The notes under the pieces: generated by a model
The model's input: the letters and a program-made list of their open reading frames with translations, nothing else
What the model was told of the DNA's origin: nothing
Databases searched by the model: none
Shown here: piece after piece, positions 20,185 through 30,427 of the stretch
How the letters are laid out: every line of letters starts with the position of its first letter
How positions within the stretch are numbered: the first letter of the stretch is position 1
Program-made: the position numbers and the translations under genes
NCBI GenBank assembly: GCA_016720425.1
Contig: JADKKQ010000003.1
Location: 499,643 to 563,642, forward strand
Reading direction: 5' to 3'
DNA: 64,000 nt
From: Betaproteobacteria bacterium
GTDB lineage: Bacteria; Pseudomonadota; Gammaproteobacteria; Burkholderiales; Casimicrobiaceae

Positions 20185-21497
20185 CGCTGCTGCCGCGTTC
20201 GCTGTTCGGCCGCCTCGCGCTGCTGCTGCTCGCGGTCGTCGTCGTCGCCATGGCGGCGACCATCCTGCTGTTCCGCCAGGACCGCGCGGCGCTGCTCGCA
20301 CGCCAGTTCAGCGACACCAAGATCGTGCAGCTGCAGGCGGTGCGCGCGGCGCTGGCGGCCGCCGATCCGCGCGAGAGCCGCGAGACGCTCCAGCGCATCG
20401 GCCGCGAGTACGGCGTGCGCATCATTCCCGACGGCGAACGGCGGATGATGGGCGGCAACGCCACCCTCAGCCCGATGATGCTGGAGTTCGAACAGCGGCT
20501 GCGCGAGGGGCTCGGGCCGGGCACCGAGTTGCGGCTCGCGCCTGGACGCGGACTGCTGATGGTCAAGGTCGAGGCCGGCAGCGGCCACTATTGGGTCGGC
20601 TTCGCGCTGCCGCCGCGCCCGCAGGCCGAGGACGTGCCGTCGCGGGCGGCGATCTGGAGCCTGCTGGTCGCCGCGCTGCTGCTCGTCGCCGCCTTCTTCT
20701 ACGCGCGGCACCTTGCCCGTCCGCTGCGCGAACTGTCCGCGGCGGTCGAGCGCGTCGGACGCGGGGAATCGCCGGATCCGCTGCCCGAAAACGGACCGTC
20801 GGAGATCGCCAACCTCAATCGCGGGTTCAACCGGATGACGGCGAATCTGCGGCAGCTGGAGCACGACCGCGCATTGCTCCTGGCCGGCGTGTCGCACGAC
20901 CTGCGGACGCCGCTGGCGCGGTTGCGCCTCGGAATCGAGATCGGTGCCGGCGACGAGGCGCTGCGTGCCGGCATGGCCGACGACATCGACGAGATGGACC
21001 GGATCATCGGCCAGTTCCTCGAGTTCGCCCGCGGCAGCCAGGAGTCGGCGCAGGAGCTGCGCGACCCGACCGAACTCGTGCGCGCGGCCGTCGAGCGCTA
21101 CGTGCGCAGCGGGCGCGACGTGCGCCTGTCCGCCGGCAGCGTGCCGCCGGTGCCGCTGCGGCCCACCGCGTGGTCGCGGCTGGTCGCCAACCTGATCGAC
21201 AACGCGCTGGCCTACGGCGCGCCGCCGGTCGAGGTGTCGACCTACGTCGCCGACGGCCGTTGCGTGCTCGACGTCGCCGATCGCGGACCCGGCATCGCGC
21301 CGGCCGACGTCGAGCGGCTGAAGCAGCCGTTCACCCGCGCCAGCGCGGCGCGCAGCGATGCCCACGGCGTCGCCGGCGCCGGACTGGGCCTCGCGATCGT
21401 CGAGCGCATCGCCCGGCTGCACGGCGGCCGCTTCGACCTGCTGCCGCGCGACGGCGGCGGCACCGTCGCCCGGGTGGCGATTCCGCTCGCCGGGTGA
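20181..21497 (+). CDS. EnvZ/CpxA-type sensor histidine kinase
   Basis: TTG start overlapping the regulator stop (TTGA). Two TM segments, HAMP (ARPLRELSAAVERVG...NRGFNRMTANL), H-box LLAGVSHDLRTPLARL, ATPase DRGPGI and GAGLGLAIVERIARLHGG. Confidence 0.85.
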   Translation: MTLLPRSLFGRLALLLLAVVVVAMAATILLFRQDRAALLARQFSDTKIVQLQAVRAALAAADPRESRETLQRIGREYGVRIIPDGERRMMGGNATLSPMMLEFEQRLREGLGPGTELRLAPGRGLLMVKVEAGSGHYWVGFALPPRPQAEDVPSRAAIWSLLVAALLLVAAFFYARHLARPLRELSAAVERVGRGESPDPLPENGPSEIANLNRGFNRMTANLRQLEHDRALLLAGVSHDLRTPLARLRLGIEIGAGDEALRAGMADDIDEMDRIIGQFLEFARGSQESAQELRDPTELVRAAVERYVRSGRDVRLSAGSVPPVPLRPTAWSRLVANLIDNALAYGAPPVEVSTYVADGRCVLDVADRGPGIAPADVERLKQPFTRASAARSDAHGVAGAGLGLAIVERIARLHGGRFDLLPRDGGGTVARVAIPLAG

Positions 21498-21511
21498 CCG
21501 CGCGCCAAAGC

Positions 21512-21994
21512 TCAGCCGCGGCCCAGCAGCAGCGCCGTCGCCAGCGCGGCGATGCCCTCGCCGCGACCGGCGAAGCCCAGGCCTTCGGTCGTCGTCGCCT
21601 TGACGCTGACGCAGCCGAGCGCACAGCCCAGGTCAGCGGCGATGTGCTCGCGCATTGCCGCCACGTGGGGGGCGACCTTCGGCGCCTGCGCGATGACGGT
21701 GACGTCGACGTTGCCGACGGCGTAGCCCGCGTCCGCGGCGAGGCGGCCGACGTGGCGCAGCAGCGCGCGGCTGTCCGCGCCCTGCCAGCGCGCGTCGGTG
21801 TCGGGGAAGTGCCGCCCGATGTCGCCCAGCGCCAGCGCACCCAGGATGGCGTCGCACAGCGCGTGCAGCAGCACGTCGGCGTCGGAGTGGCCGGCGAGGC
21901 CCAGCGGGTGCGGGATCTCGACGCCGCCGAGGATGAGCTTGCGTCCCGGGACCAGCGCGTGGACGTCGAAGCCGTTGCCGATGCGCACGTTCAT
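21512..21994 (-). CDS. ispF: 2-C-methyl-D-erythritol 2,4-cyclodiphosphate synthase
   Basis: [53 protein letters not shown]...[10 protein letters not shown]; 160 aa. Confidence 0.93.
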   Translation of the reverse strand: MNVRIGNGFDVHALVPGRKLILGGVEIPHPLGLAGHSDADVLLHALCDAILGALALGDIGRHFPDTDARWQGADSRALLRHVGRLAADAGYAVGNVDVTVIAQAPKVAPHVAAMREHIAADLGCALGCVSVKATTTEGLGFAGRGEGIAALATALLLGRG

Positions 21995-22725
21995 GTGTCC
22001 TCGTCGGGCAGGGAGAGAACCGCCGCCGCGAGCGCGAGATCGGCGGCATAGGTGAGCTTGATGTTGCGCGCGCTGCCGACGACGAGCCGCGGCATGGCGC
22101 AGGCGCCGGTCGCGGCCAGCGCTTCGACGGCGGCCGCCTCGTCGGTCGCCGCCGCCGCCACGGGCAGCGCCAGCGCCGCGCGCAGGACGGCGCAGCGGAA
22201 CATCTGCGGCGTCTGCGCCTGCCAGAGCCCTTGCCGGTCCTCGGTGCTGCGCACGCGCGGCGGCGCCCCCTCCGGCCCCGCCGGCTGCGCGCGCTTCAGC
22301 GTGTCGGCGACCGGCACCGCGAGCAGGCCGCCGACCGCGTCGCCGTCGAGCTCGGCAATGAGGCGCCGCAGCGCCGCGCGCGGCACGCAGGGGCGCGCGG
22401 CGTCGTGGACGAGGATCCAGTCGTCGGCCCGGCAGCGCGGCGCCAGCTGCGCCAGCGCGTTGGCGACGGTCGTCGCCCGCGTCGGGCCGCCGCAACGCTG
22501 CACCTCGACGTCCGGCCGCGCCTCGATCAGCCGCGCGTAATGGGCGTCGTCGGGAGCGAGCACGACGACCGTCGCCGCCGGCTGCAGCACCGACCGCAGC
22601 CGGTCCAGCGTGCGCGCGAGCACCGGGCGCCCGGCGAGGTCGGCGTACTGCTTGGGCAGGGCACCGCCGAAGCGGCTGCCGCCCCCGGCCGCCGGCACGA
22701 CGACGAACAGCCGCGCCGCCGTCAC
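21991..22725 (-). CDS. ispD: 2-C-methyl-D-erythritol 4-phosphate cytidylyltransferase
   Basis: GTG start [20 protein letters not shown]...PKQY, VHDAARP, QTPQMF. ATGA overlap with ispF. Confidence 0.9.
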   Translation of the reverse strand: MTAARLFVVVPAAGGGSRFGGALPKQYADLAGRPVLARTLDRLRSVLQPAATVVVLAPDDAHYARLIEARPDVEVQRCGGPTRATTVANALAQLAPRCRADDWILVHDAARPCVPRAALRRLIAELDGDAVGGLLAVPVADTLKRAQPAGPEGAPPRVRSTEDRQGLWQAQTPQMFRCAVLRAALALPVAAAATDEAAAVEALAATGACAMPRLVVGSARNIKLTYAADLALAAAVLSLPDEDT

Positions 22726-23201
22726 CGCGCTGCCTCGTCGAGCAGCAGCGCGATGCGCTCCTCGTCGAGCGGCCGGAAGCCCAGCCGCTCGTAGAACCGC
22801 CAGGCGCCGACGTTGGCGCGATGACAGCCGCAGTCGATCCGCGTGTGCCCGCGCGCCGCGAGATGACGGCCGAGCGCGCGCAGCATCGTCGCGCCGACGC
22901 CGCGGCGCTGCCAGTCGGCCGCCACCGTCACGTCGTCGAGCTTCGCCACCAGCGTGCCGCGCGAGGTCGAAATCGCGTGACAGCAGACGCAGGCGCCGAT
23001 CGCGCGCCGCCCGGGGCCGTCCTCGGCGAGGGCCAGCCAGACGAAGCCGATTTCCGGTCGGGCCAGGAACAGCTCGAGCGCGCGTTCGAGCGCGGCGAGC
23101 CCACCGTCGCCGTAGACGCCCGCCGACGCCCGGTAGTGCCGGTCGGCGGCGAGAAAGGCGGACAGCAGCGCGAGCGCCGCGTCCCGCGTCCCGCGGGTCA
23201 T
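22722..23201 (-). CDS. GNAT-family N-acetyltransferase
   Basis: [11 protein letters not shown]...; acetyl-CoA motif [13 protein letters not shown] and RFYERLGF. Its stop overlaps the ispD GTG (GTGA). Confidence 0.8.
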   Translation of the reverse strand: MTRGTRDAALALLSAFLAADRHYRASAGVYGDGGLAALERALELFLARPEIGFVWLALAEDGPGRRAIGACVCCHAISTSRGTLVAKLDDVTVAADWQRRGVGATMLRALGRHLAARGHTRIDCGCHRANVGAWRFYERLGFRPLDEERIALLLDEAAR

Positions 23202-23272
23202 CGCCTCGCAGCGGACGGGACCCCGCGGGTCGGGACGACGCGCCGTCAAGCCGCCACCTGCACCCGCCGCGG

Positions 23273-24526
23273 CTAGCGGGCGACCGGCGGCCGGACGCCG
23301 CCGACCATCCGCTCGTCGAGCAACTCGATCCAGTGCCGGACCGGCTGCGCCGCCGCTTCGGCAAGATGCGTCAGGCAGCCGATGTTCGCGGTCGCGATCA
23401 CTTCCGGCCGCTCGGCCGAAAGCGCCTCGACCTTGCGCCGGCGCAGTTCGGCGGCCAGTTCGGGCTGCAGCACCGAATACGTCCCCGCGGAGCCGCAGCA
23501 CAGGTGGGCGTCGCGCACCGGCACCACCTCGAGGCCCATCGCCGCCAGGATCTCCTCGACCCGGCCCTTCAGCTGCATCCCGTGCTGCAGCGTGCACGGC
23601 GGATGGAACGCGACCCTCTGCGCGCCGCGGTCCATGGCCACGCGCGGCGCGATCTGCGGCCACAGCGCGGCGACGACCTCGACGGTGTCCTTCGCCAGCG
23701 CGGCGACGCGCGCCGCCTTGGCCGCGTAGGCGGGGTCGGCGCGCAGGAAGTGCCCGTAGTCCTTGACCATCACGCCGCAGCCGCTGGCGGTGACGACGAT
23801 CGCCTCGGCCCCGCGCTCGACCTGCGGCCACCAGGCGTCGATGTTCCGCCGCGCCAGCGCCCGTCCGTCGTCGGTGGCGTCGAGGTGGTGCGGGAGCGCG
23901 CCGCAGCACCCGCCGCCGCCGACCTTCAGCAGCGAGATGCCGACACGGTCGAGCACCCGCGCCATCGCCGCGTCGATGCCGGGCGCCAGCGCCGGCTGCA
24001 CGCAGCCTTCGAGCACCAGCATCCGGCGCGGGTGCCGCGCGGGCGGCCAGACGCCCGCCGGCGCGCCAGCGGGGACCTTCGCGGCCAGCGCCTGCGGCAG
24101 CAGCGGACGAAACGCCCGCCCCAGCGCCACCGCGGCGCCGAACAGCGGCTTGGCCAGCAGCGTCTGCCGCAGCGCCCACCGCGTCGCCTGCTCGGCCGCC
24201 GGGCGCGGCGCGCGGGCATCGACCACGTGGCGCCCGATGTCCAGCAGGCGGCCGTACTCGACGCCCGACGGGCAGGTGGTCTCGCAACTGCGGCAGGTCA
24301 GGCAGCGATCGAGGTGCAGGCGCGTCTTCGCCGTCGGCGTCGCGCCCTCGAGCACCTGCTTGATGAGGTAGATGCGCCCGCGCGGCCCGTCGAGCTCGTC
24401 GCCGAGCAGCTGATAGGTCGGACAGGTCGCGGTGCAGAACCCGCAGTGCACGCAGCGCCGCAGGATCGCGTCGGCTTCGCGGCCTTCGGGCGTGTCGCGG
24501 ATGAAATCGGCGAGCTGGGTCTGCAT
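23273..24526 (-). CDS. glcF: Glycolate oxidase iron-sulfur subunit
   Basis: Two ferredoxin-type clusters, CVHCGFCTATCP and CLTCRSCETTCP, plus two CCG-type domains. 417 aa. Confidence 0.9.
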   Translation of the reverse strand: MQTQLADFIRDTPEGREADAILRRCVHCGFCTATCPTYQLLGDELDGPRGRIYLIKQVLEGATPTAKTRLHLDRCLTCRSCETTCPSGVEYGRLLDIGRHVVDARAPRPAAEQATRWALRQTLLAKPLFGAAVALGRAFRPLLPQALAAKVPAGAPAGVWPPARHPRRMLVLEGCVQPALAPGIDAAMARVLDRVGISLLKVGGGGCCGALPHHLDATDDGRALARRNIDAWWPQVERGAEAIVVTASGCGVMVKDYGHFLRADPAYAAKAARVAALAKDTVEVVAALWPQIAPRVAMDRGAQRVAFHPPCTLQHGMQLKGRVEEILAAMGLEVVPVRDAHLCCGSAGTYSVLQPELAAELRRRKVEALSAERPEVIATANIGCLTHLAEAAAQPVRHWIELLDERMVGGVRPPVAR

Positions 24527-24532
24527 CGGTGG

Positions 24533-25612
24533 TCAGAGTCCGGGATAGAGCCGGCCGCGGTTGAGGATGCCCTGCGGGTCGAAGTTCGCCTTCAGTCGCC
24601 GGTGCAGGCCCAGCAGCGTCTCGTCCAGCGGCTGGAACACGCCCGCCGCCTTGTCGCCGCCGCGGAACAGCGTCGCGTGCCCGCCGTGGCTCGCCGCCCA
24701 GGCGCGCAGCGGCTGCGGGTCGGCGCCGGCGTCGAGGTCGAGCCAGCGCAGCGCGCCCCCCCATTCGATCAGCTGCGCCCCGCCCAGGTCGGCGTACGGC
24801 GCGGTGGGCTTCACCGCCAGCCGCCACAGCGCGCGCCCCGGCCCGCCGGCAGCGGCGAAGAATGGATGCGTCTGCTCGCGCAGGCTGGCGAAGAGCGCGT
24901 CGCCCTCCGGCCACGCGCTGCCGCCGATGCGCGCCGCCGCGGCGGCGACCGCGGGCGCCGCGCCCGCGAGGCGAACGACCAGCCGGCCGTCGACGTGGCA
25001 GGTTCCCGCCAGCGACAGCGGCTGCGCCGCCCAGCCGCAGGTGAGGCGCAGGCTCTCGGCGGCGCCGCACTCCAGCACCCGGACGGTCACCGCCTTCGGC
25101 AGCGGCTGGCACTTGAGCGAAATCTCCAGCAGCACGCCGAGCGTTCCCAGCGCGCCCGTCATCAGCCGCGCGACGTCGAAGCCGGCGACGTTCTTCATCA
25201 CCCGGCCGCCGAACGCGAGCTCGGTGCCCCTGCCGTCGAGGATCCGTGTCCCCAGCACCAGGTCGCGCACCGCGCCGGCGTAGGGGCGACGCGGGCCCGA
25301 CAGGCCGGCCGCGACCGTGCCGCCGAGCGTGGCCCCGGGGCCGAAGTGCGGCGGCTCGAAGGCCAGCATCTGCCCGGCGTCGGCCAGCACGCGCTCGACC
25401 TCGGCCAGCGGCGTGCCGGCGCGCGCCGTCAGCACGAGCTCGGTGGGATCGTAGTCGACGATGCCGGCCAAGGGCGTCGTGTCGAGCAGCTCGCCGACCG
25501 GTTCCTGGCCGTAGAAGTCCTTGCTGCCGCCGCCGCGGATGCGCAGCGGCCGCCCGCTCGCGGCGGCGTCGCGGATCCGCTGCTGCCACCCCAGGACGAC
25601 GGCGTCGGTCAT
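24533..25612 (-). CDS. glcE: Glycolate oxidase FAD-binding subunit
   Basis: MTDAVVLGWQQRIRDAAASGRPLRIRGGGSKDFYG...NVAGFDVARLMTGALGTLGVLLE. Internal start in ORF 24533..27403. Confidence 0.88.
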   Translation of the reverse strand: MTDAVVLGWQQRIRDAAASGRPLRIRGGGSKDFYGQEPVGELLDTTPLAGIVDYDPTELVLTARAGTPLAEVERVLADAGQMLAFEPPHFGPGATLGGTVAAGLSGPRRPYAGAVRDLVLGTRILDGRGTELAFGGRVMKNVAGFDVARLMTGALGTLGVLLEISLKCQPLPKAVTVRVLECGAAESLRLTCGWAAQPLSLAGTCHVDGRLVVRLAGAAPAVAAAAARIGGSAWPEGDALFASLREQTHPFFAAAGGPGRALWRLAVKPTAPYADLGGAQLIEWGGALRWLDLDAGADPQPLRAWAASHGGHATLFRGGDKAAGVFQPLDETLLGLHRRLKANFDPQGILNRGRLYPGL

Positions 25613-26283
25613 CGCGGGCGCGCGAGCCGGTCGCGATAGAGGACGCGCGGCTCGTCGGCGTCGACGACTGCGGTCTCGGCCAGCGCGTCGCGCTGCCACT
25701 GCTGCAGCCAGGGATGCGCGAGCAGCGCCGCGAGATAGGTCCCCGCCGCTCCGTCGGGCCGGACGTCGTAGGTCTGGAAGCGGAACGCGACCGGCGCGTA
25801 GAACGCGTCGGCGAGCGAGAAGGCGCCGCAGAGGAAACGCCCGTCGGCGCCGAAGCGCTGCCGGCCCTCGCTCCAGATCTCGCCGACGCGCGCGACGTCG
25901 GCGGCGAGGTCCGCCGACCAGGGGCGCACGTCGAGGCGCTCGCGGATGCACATCGTCATCTCGTTGCGCAGCGCGCCCATCCCCGAGTGCATCTCGGCGG
26001 CGATGCAGCGGGCCCAGGCGCGGGCCACGGGATCGGCCGGCCACAGCCCCGGATGGCGCTCGGCCAGGTACTCGGCGATGGCCAGCGAATCCCAGACCAC
26101 GAGGCCGTCGTCGTGCAGCGCCGGCACCCGCGCCGTCGGCGAGTAGCGCCGCCACTCCGGATGCGGGCCGCCCGACAGCGGGAGCATCCGCTCCTCGCAG
26201 GCGATGCCCGCGAGCTTCACCGCCAGCCAGGCGCGCAGCGACCAGGACGAGTAGTTCTTGTTGCCGAGATAGAGCAGCATCAT
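25609..26283 (-). CDS. Glutathione S-transferase family protein
   Basis: MMLLYLGNKNYSSWSLRAWL...VPALHDDGLVVWDSLAIAEYLAE (thioredoxin-like N-domain) plus a helical C-domain. ATGA overlap with glcE. Confidence 0.85.
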   Translation of the reverse strand: MMLLYLGNKNYSSWSLRAWLAVKLAGIACEERMLPLSGGPHPEWRRYSPTARVPALHDDGLVVWDSLAIAEYLAERHPGLWPADPVARAWARCIAAEMHSGMGALRNEMTMCIRERLDVRPWSADLAADVARVGEIWSEGRQRFGADGRFLCGAFSLADAFYAPVAFRFQTYDVRPDGAAGTYLAALLAHPWLQQWQRDALAETAVVDADEPRVLYRDRLARPR

Positions 26284-26286
26284 CTC

Positions 26287-27702
26287 CTAGAGGGGGACCG
26301 TCTTGCCGGGGTTCATGATGTTGTGCGGGTCGAGCGCACGCTTGATCGTGCGCATGGTCTCGACCGCGTCGCCGTGCTCCAGCGCGAGGACGTCGAGCTT
26401 GTGCGTGCCGATGCCGTGCTCGCCGGTGCAGGTGCCGCCCATCCGGATCGCCCGCAGGCTGACGCGGTGCGCGAGGCCCTCGGCCGCCGCGCGCTCGGCC
26501 GGATCGGTCGGGTCGAACAGGATGACCAGGTGGAAGTTGCCGTCGCCGACGTGGCCGACGATCGGCGCGGTGAGCCCGGTGATCGCGATGTCGGCCTTGG
26601 TCTCGACGATGCAGTCGGCGAGGCGCGAGATGGGCACGCAGGCGTCGGTGGCGAAGCCCTGCCGCCCCGGCAGCAGCGCCATGCCCGCGTAGTACGCCGC
26701 GTGCCGCGCCTTCCACAGCCGGTTGCGGTCCTCGGGCCGCGTCGCCCAGCGGAAGGCGCTGCCGCCGTGCGCGGCGGCGATCGCCTGCATCTGCCCCGCC
26801 TGCTCGGCCACCGCGGCGGCGCTGCCGTGGAACTCGAAGAAGAGCGTCGGCAGGACGGCGAACTCGTCGAGCTTCGAGTACCGGATGCAGGCGTCCATCT
26901 GCACGTCGTCGAGCAGTTCGATCCGCGCCACCGGAATCCCGTGCTGCATGGCGAGGATCACCGCGTCGACGGCGCCTTCGAGGTCGGCGAACTGGCAGAC
27001 CGCCGCCGAGATCGCCTCGGGCACGCCGTACAGGCGCAGCTGGATTTCGGTGATGACCCCCAGCGTGCCCTCGGCGCCGACGATCAGCCGCGTGAGGTCG
27101 TAGCCGGCGGAAGACTTGCGCGCGCGCCCGCCGGTGCGGATCACCCGCCCCTCGGCGGTCACGACGGTCAGCCCCAGCACGTTCTCGCGCATCGTCCCGT
27201 AGCGCACCGCGTTGGTCCCCGACGCGCGCGTGGCCGCCATCCCGCCGAGGGTCGCGTTGGCGCCGGGATCGATGGGAAAGAACAGGCCCGTCCCCTTCAG
27301 TTCGGCGTCGAGCTGCTCGCGGGTGACGCCCGCCTGCACGCGGCAGTCGAGGTCTGCCGCGTTGACCTCCAGCACCTGCGTCATCTGCGACAGGTCGAGG
27401 CACACGCCGCCGTAGAGCGCCGCCACGTGGCCTTCGAGCGAGGTGCCGACGCCGAACGGGATCACCGGCACGCGTGCCGCGTGGCAGAGGCGCACGATCG
27501 CCGCGACCTCGTCGTTGCTCTGCGGGAACACGACCACGTCGGGCAGCGCCGCGTCGGCCATGCCTTCGCCGTGGCTGTGCTGGTCGCGGATCGCGCGCGT
27601 CGTCGCCGCGCGCTCGCCGTAGTCCTGCGTCAGCCGGGTGACGACGTCGGCGAGCGCCCGCGCATCGGGCCGCACGCCGCGGGCGGAGAGAGTCGGCGGC
27701 AT
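26287..27702 (-). CDS. FAD-linked oxidase (GlcD / D-lactate dehydrogenase paralogue)
   Basis: VVFPQSNDEVAAIVRLCHAARVPVIPFGVGTSLEGH..., GEHGIGTHK, MNPGK. Internal start in ORF 26287..29247. Confidence 0.88.
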   Translation of the reverse strand: MPPTLSARGVRPDARALADVVTRLTQDYGERAATTRAIRDQHSHGEGMADAALPDVVVFPQSNDEVAAIVRLCHAARVPVIPFGVGTSLEGHVAALYGGVCLDLSQMTQVLEVNAADLDCRVQAGVTREQLDAELKGTGLFFPIDPGANATLGGMAATRASGTNAVRYGTMRENVLGLTVVTAEGRVIRTGGRARKSSAGYDLTRLIVGAEGTLGVITEIQLRLYGVPEAISAAVCQFADLEGAVDAVILAMQHGIPVARIELLDDVQMDACIRYSKLDEFAVLPTLFFEFHGSAAAVAEQAGQMQAIAAAHGGSAFRWATRPEDRNRLWKARHAAYYAGMALLPGRQGFATDACVPISRLADCIVETKADIAITGLTAPIVGHVGDGNFHLVILFDPTDPAERAAAEGLAHRVSLRAIRMGGTCTGEHGIGTHKLDVLALEHGDAVETMRTIKRALDPHNIMNPGKTVPL

Positions 27703-27710
27703 CGTCGGGG

Positions 27711-29165
27711 TCAGAAGCGCGGCAGCTCGGGATGCGGCAGCGCGCCGCGATGGACGTGCATCTTGCCGAACTCGGCGCAGCGGTGCAGCGTCGGCACCGC
27801 CTTGCCGGGGTTGAGCAGCCCGTGCTCGTCGAACGCCGCCTTGACGCCGAGGAACGACGTGAGTTCGTCGGGCCGGAACTGCGTGCACATCTGCCGGATC
27901 TTCTCGATGCCGACGCCGTGCTCGCCGGTGATCGTCCCGCCGACCTCGATGCACAGCTCGAGGATCGCGGCGCCGAAGGCCTCGGCCCGCTCGGCCTCCT
28001 CGGCGACGTTGGCGTCGAACATGATCAGCGGGTGCAGGTTGCCGTCGCCGGCGTGGAAGACGTTGGCGCAGGCGAGCCCGAACCGGTGCGAGAACTCGTC
28101 GATCCGGGCCAGCACCTGCGGCAGCGTGCGGCGCGGGATCGTGCCGTCCATGCAGATGTAGTCGGCGGCGATGCGGCCGACCGCCGGGAACGCGGCCTTG
28201 CGCCCCGACCAGAGCAGCAGGCGCTCCTTCTCGTCGGTCGACACCCGGATCGCGGTGGCGCCGGACGCCGCCAGCACCCGCTTGATCTCGGCCATTTCGG
28301 CGGCGACCTCCTCCGGCGTCCCGTCGGACTCGACCAGCAGGATCGCCTGCGCGTCCAGCGGGTAGTTGGCGTGGACGAAGGCCTCGACCGCGCGGGTCGC
28401 CGCCCGATCCATCATCTCGAGGCCCGCGGGAACGATGCCGGCGCCGATGACCGCCGACACCGCCAGCCCCGCCCTGCCCACGTCGTCGAACGAGGCCAGC
28501 GCCACCTGCGCCAGCAACGGCTTGGGCGTGAGCTTGACGGTGACCTCGGTGATGACGGCGAGGAGCCCCTCCGAGCCGTTGATCAGCGCGAGGAGATCGT
28601 AGCCGGGCGCGTCGAGCGCGTCGCCGCCGAACTCGACCGTGCTGCCGTCGATCAGCACGCCGCGGACGCGCCGCACGTTGTGCACGGTGAGGCCGTACTT
28701 GAGGCAGTGGACGCCGCCGGCGTTCTCGGCGACGTTGCCGCCGATGGTGCAGGCGATCTGCGACGAAGGGTCGGGCGCGTAGTAGAGGCCGTGCGCGGCG
28801 GCGGCCTCGGAGATGGCGAGGTTGCGCACGCCCGGCTGCACGACGGCGGTCTGGGACTCGGGATCGATGGCGAGGATGCGCCGGAACTTGGCCAAGGACA
28901 GCAGCACCCCGCCCGCGTCCGGCGTCGCGCCTCCCGACAGCCCGGTGCCCGCGCCGCGCGCGACGACCGGGATCCGCGCCTGGTGGCATTGCCGGAGGAT
29001 GGCGACGACCTGCGCCTCGGTCTCGGGCAGCGCCACCGCCGCCGGCCGGGTCCGGTACAGCGTCAGCCCGTCGCACTCGTAGGCACGCGTGTCCTCGTCG
29101 GCGGTCAGCCAGGCCTCCGGCGGAAGCAGCGCGGCGAGGCGGGACGAAACGGCGGAATCGAGCAT
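27711..29165 (-). CDS. glcD: Glycolate oxidase subunit GlcD (FAD-linked oxidase)
   Basis: MLDSAVSSRLAALLPPEAWLT..., ARGAGTGLSGGA, GEHGVGIEK, LNPGK. Internal start in ORF 27711..29378. Confidence 0.9.
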   Translation of the reverse strand: MLDSAVSSRLAALLPPEAWLTADEDTRAYECDGLTLYRTRPAAVALPETEAQVVAILRQCHQARIPVVARGAGTGLSGGATPDAGGVLLSLAKFRRILAIDPESQTAVVQPGVRNLAISEAAAAHGLYYAPDPSSQIACTIGGNVAENAGGVHCLKYGLTVHNVRRVRGVLIDGSTVEFGGDALDAPGYDLLALINGSEGLLAVITEVTVKLTPKPLLAQVALASFDDVGRAGLAVSAVIGAGIVPAGLEMMDRAATRAVEAFVHANYPLDAQAILLVESDGTPEEVAAEMAEIKRVLAASGATAIRVSTDEKERLLLWSGRKAAFPAVGRIAADYICMDGTIPRRTLPQVLARIDEFSHRFGLACANVFHAGDGNLHPLIMFDANVAEEAERAEAFGAAILELCIEVGGTITGEHGVGIEKIRQMCTQFRPDELTSFLGVKAAFDEHGLLNPGKAVPTLHRCAEFGKMHVHRGALPHPELPRF

Positions 29166-29392
29166 CGGTCTCCCGGACGGCAACGGCGCGGAACGCCGGC
29201 ACGCAGCGCCAACGCTTTCCGCAGCCAATGCGGGGATTATTCCACATCGCCGGTCGCCCGCGCCGGATGGATCCCGGAAGCCCGGCAGCGCCCTCGTGGC
29301 TATACAGCGGGCCCGGCCTTCCTTAGAATGCGCCGCTGCAGAGTGCAACCCCTTCCCTCCGGCACCCCCTGCACCCACGAGGAGATTCCCGC

Positions 29393-30376
29393 ATGCGCAC
29401 TTCCCGCTTGTTCATGGCGCTGATGGCGTCGCTCGGCGCGGCGCTGCTGTCCGCGACGCCGGCCGCCGCCCAGACGAACATGAAGATCAACATCTCGATC
29501 GCCCAGAACTCCCACCAGGGCGTGGCGATCGACACCTTCGCCCGTGAAGTCGAAAAGCGCACCGGCGGCCGCTACAAGATCCAGGCCTTCTACTCGGGCT
29601 CGCTGGGCGGCGAGCGCGAGTCGGTCGAGGCGGTGCAGCTCGGCACGCAGGAGCTGACGTTCACCTCGACCGGCCCGGTGCCGAACTTCGTCCCCGAGGT
29701 CGCGATTCTCGACATCCCGTTCCTGTTCCGCGACTACGCGCACGCGCGCAGCACGCTCGACGGCCCGATCGGCCAGGACCTGCTGGGCAAGTTCCCGTCC
29801 AAGGGCATCGTCGCGCTGGCCTGGGGCGAGAACGGTTTCCGCCACATGACCAACAGCAAGCGCGCCGTCAACGCCCCCGACGACCTCAAGGGGCTCAAGA
29901 TGCGGACGATGGAGAACCCGGTCCACATCCAGGCGTACAAGGCCTTCGGCATCATCCCGACGCCGATGGCGTTCCCGGAAGTGTTCACCGCGCTGCAGCA
30001 GGGCACCGTCGACGGCCAGGAGAACCCGCTGTCGGTGATCACCTCGGCCAAGTTCGAGCAGGTCCAGAAGCACCTGTCGCTGACCGGCCACGTCTACTCG
30101 CCGGCGCTGCTGCTGATGAACAAGGCGGCGTGGGACAAGCTCCCGGCGGCCGACAAGCAGGCGTTCAGCGAAGCCGCGAAGGAGGCGGTGAAGGCCAACC
30201 GCGCCCGCGTCGACGACGACGAGAGGAAGGCGGTCGCCGACCTGCGGTCCAAGGGCATGAACGTGGTCGAGAACCTCGACAAGGGCAAGTTCCAGGCGAC
30301 GCTCGGCCCGACCTACGCCGACTTCGGCAAGAAGTTCGGCCAGGACAACATCGACCGGATCCGCAACTACAAGTAA
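29393..30376 (+). CDS. TRAP transporter substrate-binding protein (DctP family)
   Basis: Signal peptide MRTSRLFMALMASLGAALLSATPAAAQ. DctP-like throughout. GAGGAG lies 7 nt before the ATG. Confidence 0.9.
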   Translation: MRTSRLFMALMASLGAALLSATPAAAQTNMKINISIAQNSHQGVAIDTFAREVEKRTGGRYKIQAFYSGSLGGERESVEAVQLGTQELTFTSTGPVPNFVPEVAILDIPFLFRDYAHARSTLDGPIGQDLLGKFPSKGIVALAWGENGFRHMTNSKRAVNAPDDLKGLKMRTMENPVHIQAYKAFGIIPTPMAFPEVFTALQQGTVDGQENPLSVITSAKFEQVQKHLSLTGHVYSPALLLMNKAAWDKLPAADKQAFSEAAKEAVKANRARVDDDERKAVADLRSKGMNVVENLDKGKFQATLGPTYADFGKKFGQDNIDRIRNYK

Positions 30377-30399
30377 CGCAGCGACGTCGTTGCACCCGC

Positions 30400-30427
30400 G
30401 CGAGGCCCGCCTTCCGGCGGGCCTCGC
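30400..30427 (+). other. Strong intercistronic stem-loop after the TRAP binding-protein gene
   Basis: Perfect 12-bp inverted repeat GCGAGGCCCGCC / GGCGGGCCTCGC with loop TTCC, 24 nt after the stop. No T-run follows. A second 6-bp palindrome GCCGGC-N5-GCCGGC lies downstream. Confidence 0.6.

Noticed and set aside
19413-21497. Single 694-aa ORF spanning the response regulator and the histidine kinase
   Set aside because: Only the first 38 and last ~438 residues make sense. The middle is the regulator read out of frame. It is an artefact of a 1-nt indel plus the absence of chance stop codons at high GC.
22610-28161. Plus-strand ORFs of 1009 aa (22610..25639) and 971 aa (25246..28161), and the minus-strand 955/956/986-aa ORFs that extend real genes upstream
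   Set aside because: They are antisense or run 5' of the well-supported glc, GST, GNAT and ispD genes. The translations are low-complexity. Internal starts with SD sequences and start/stop overlaps explain the real genes.
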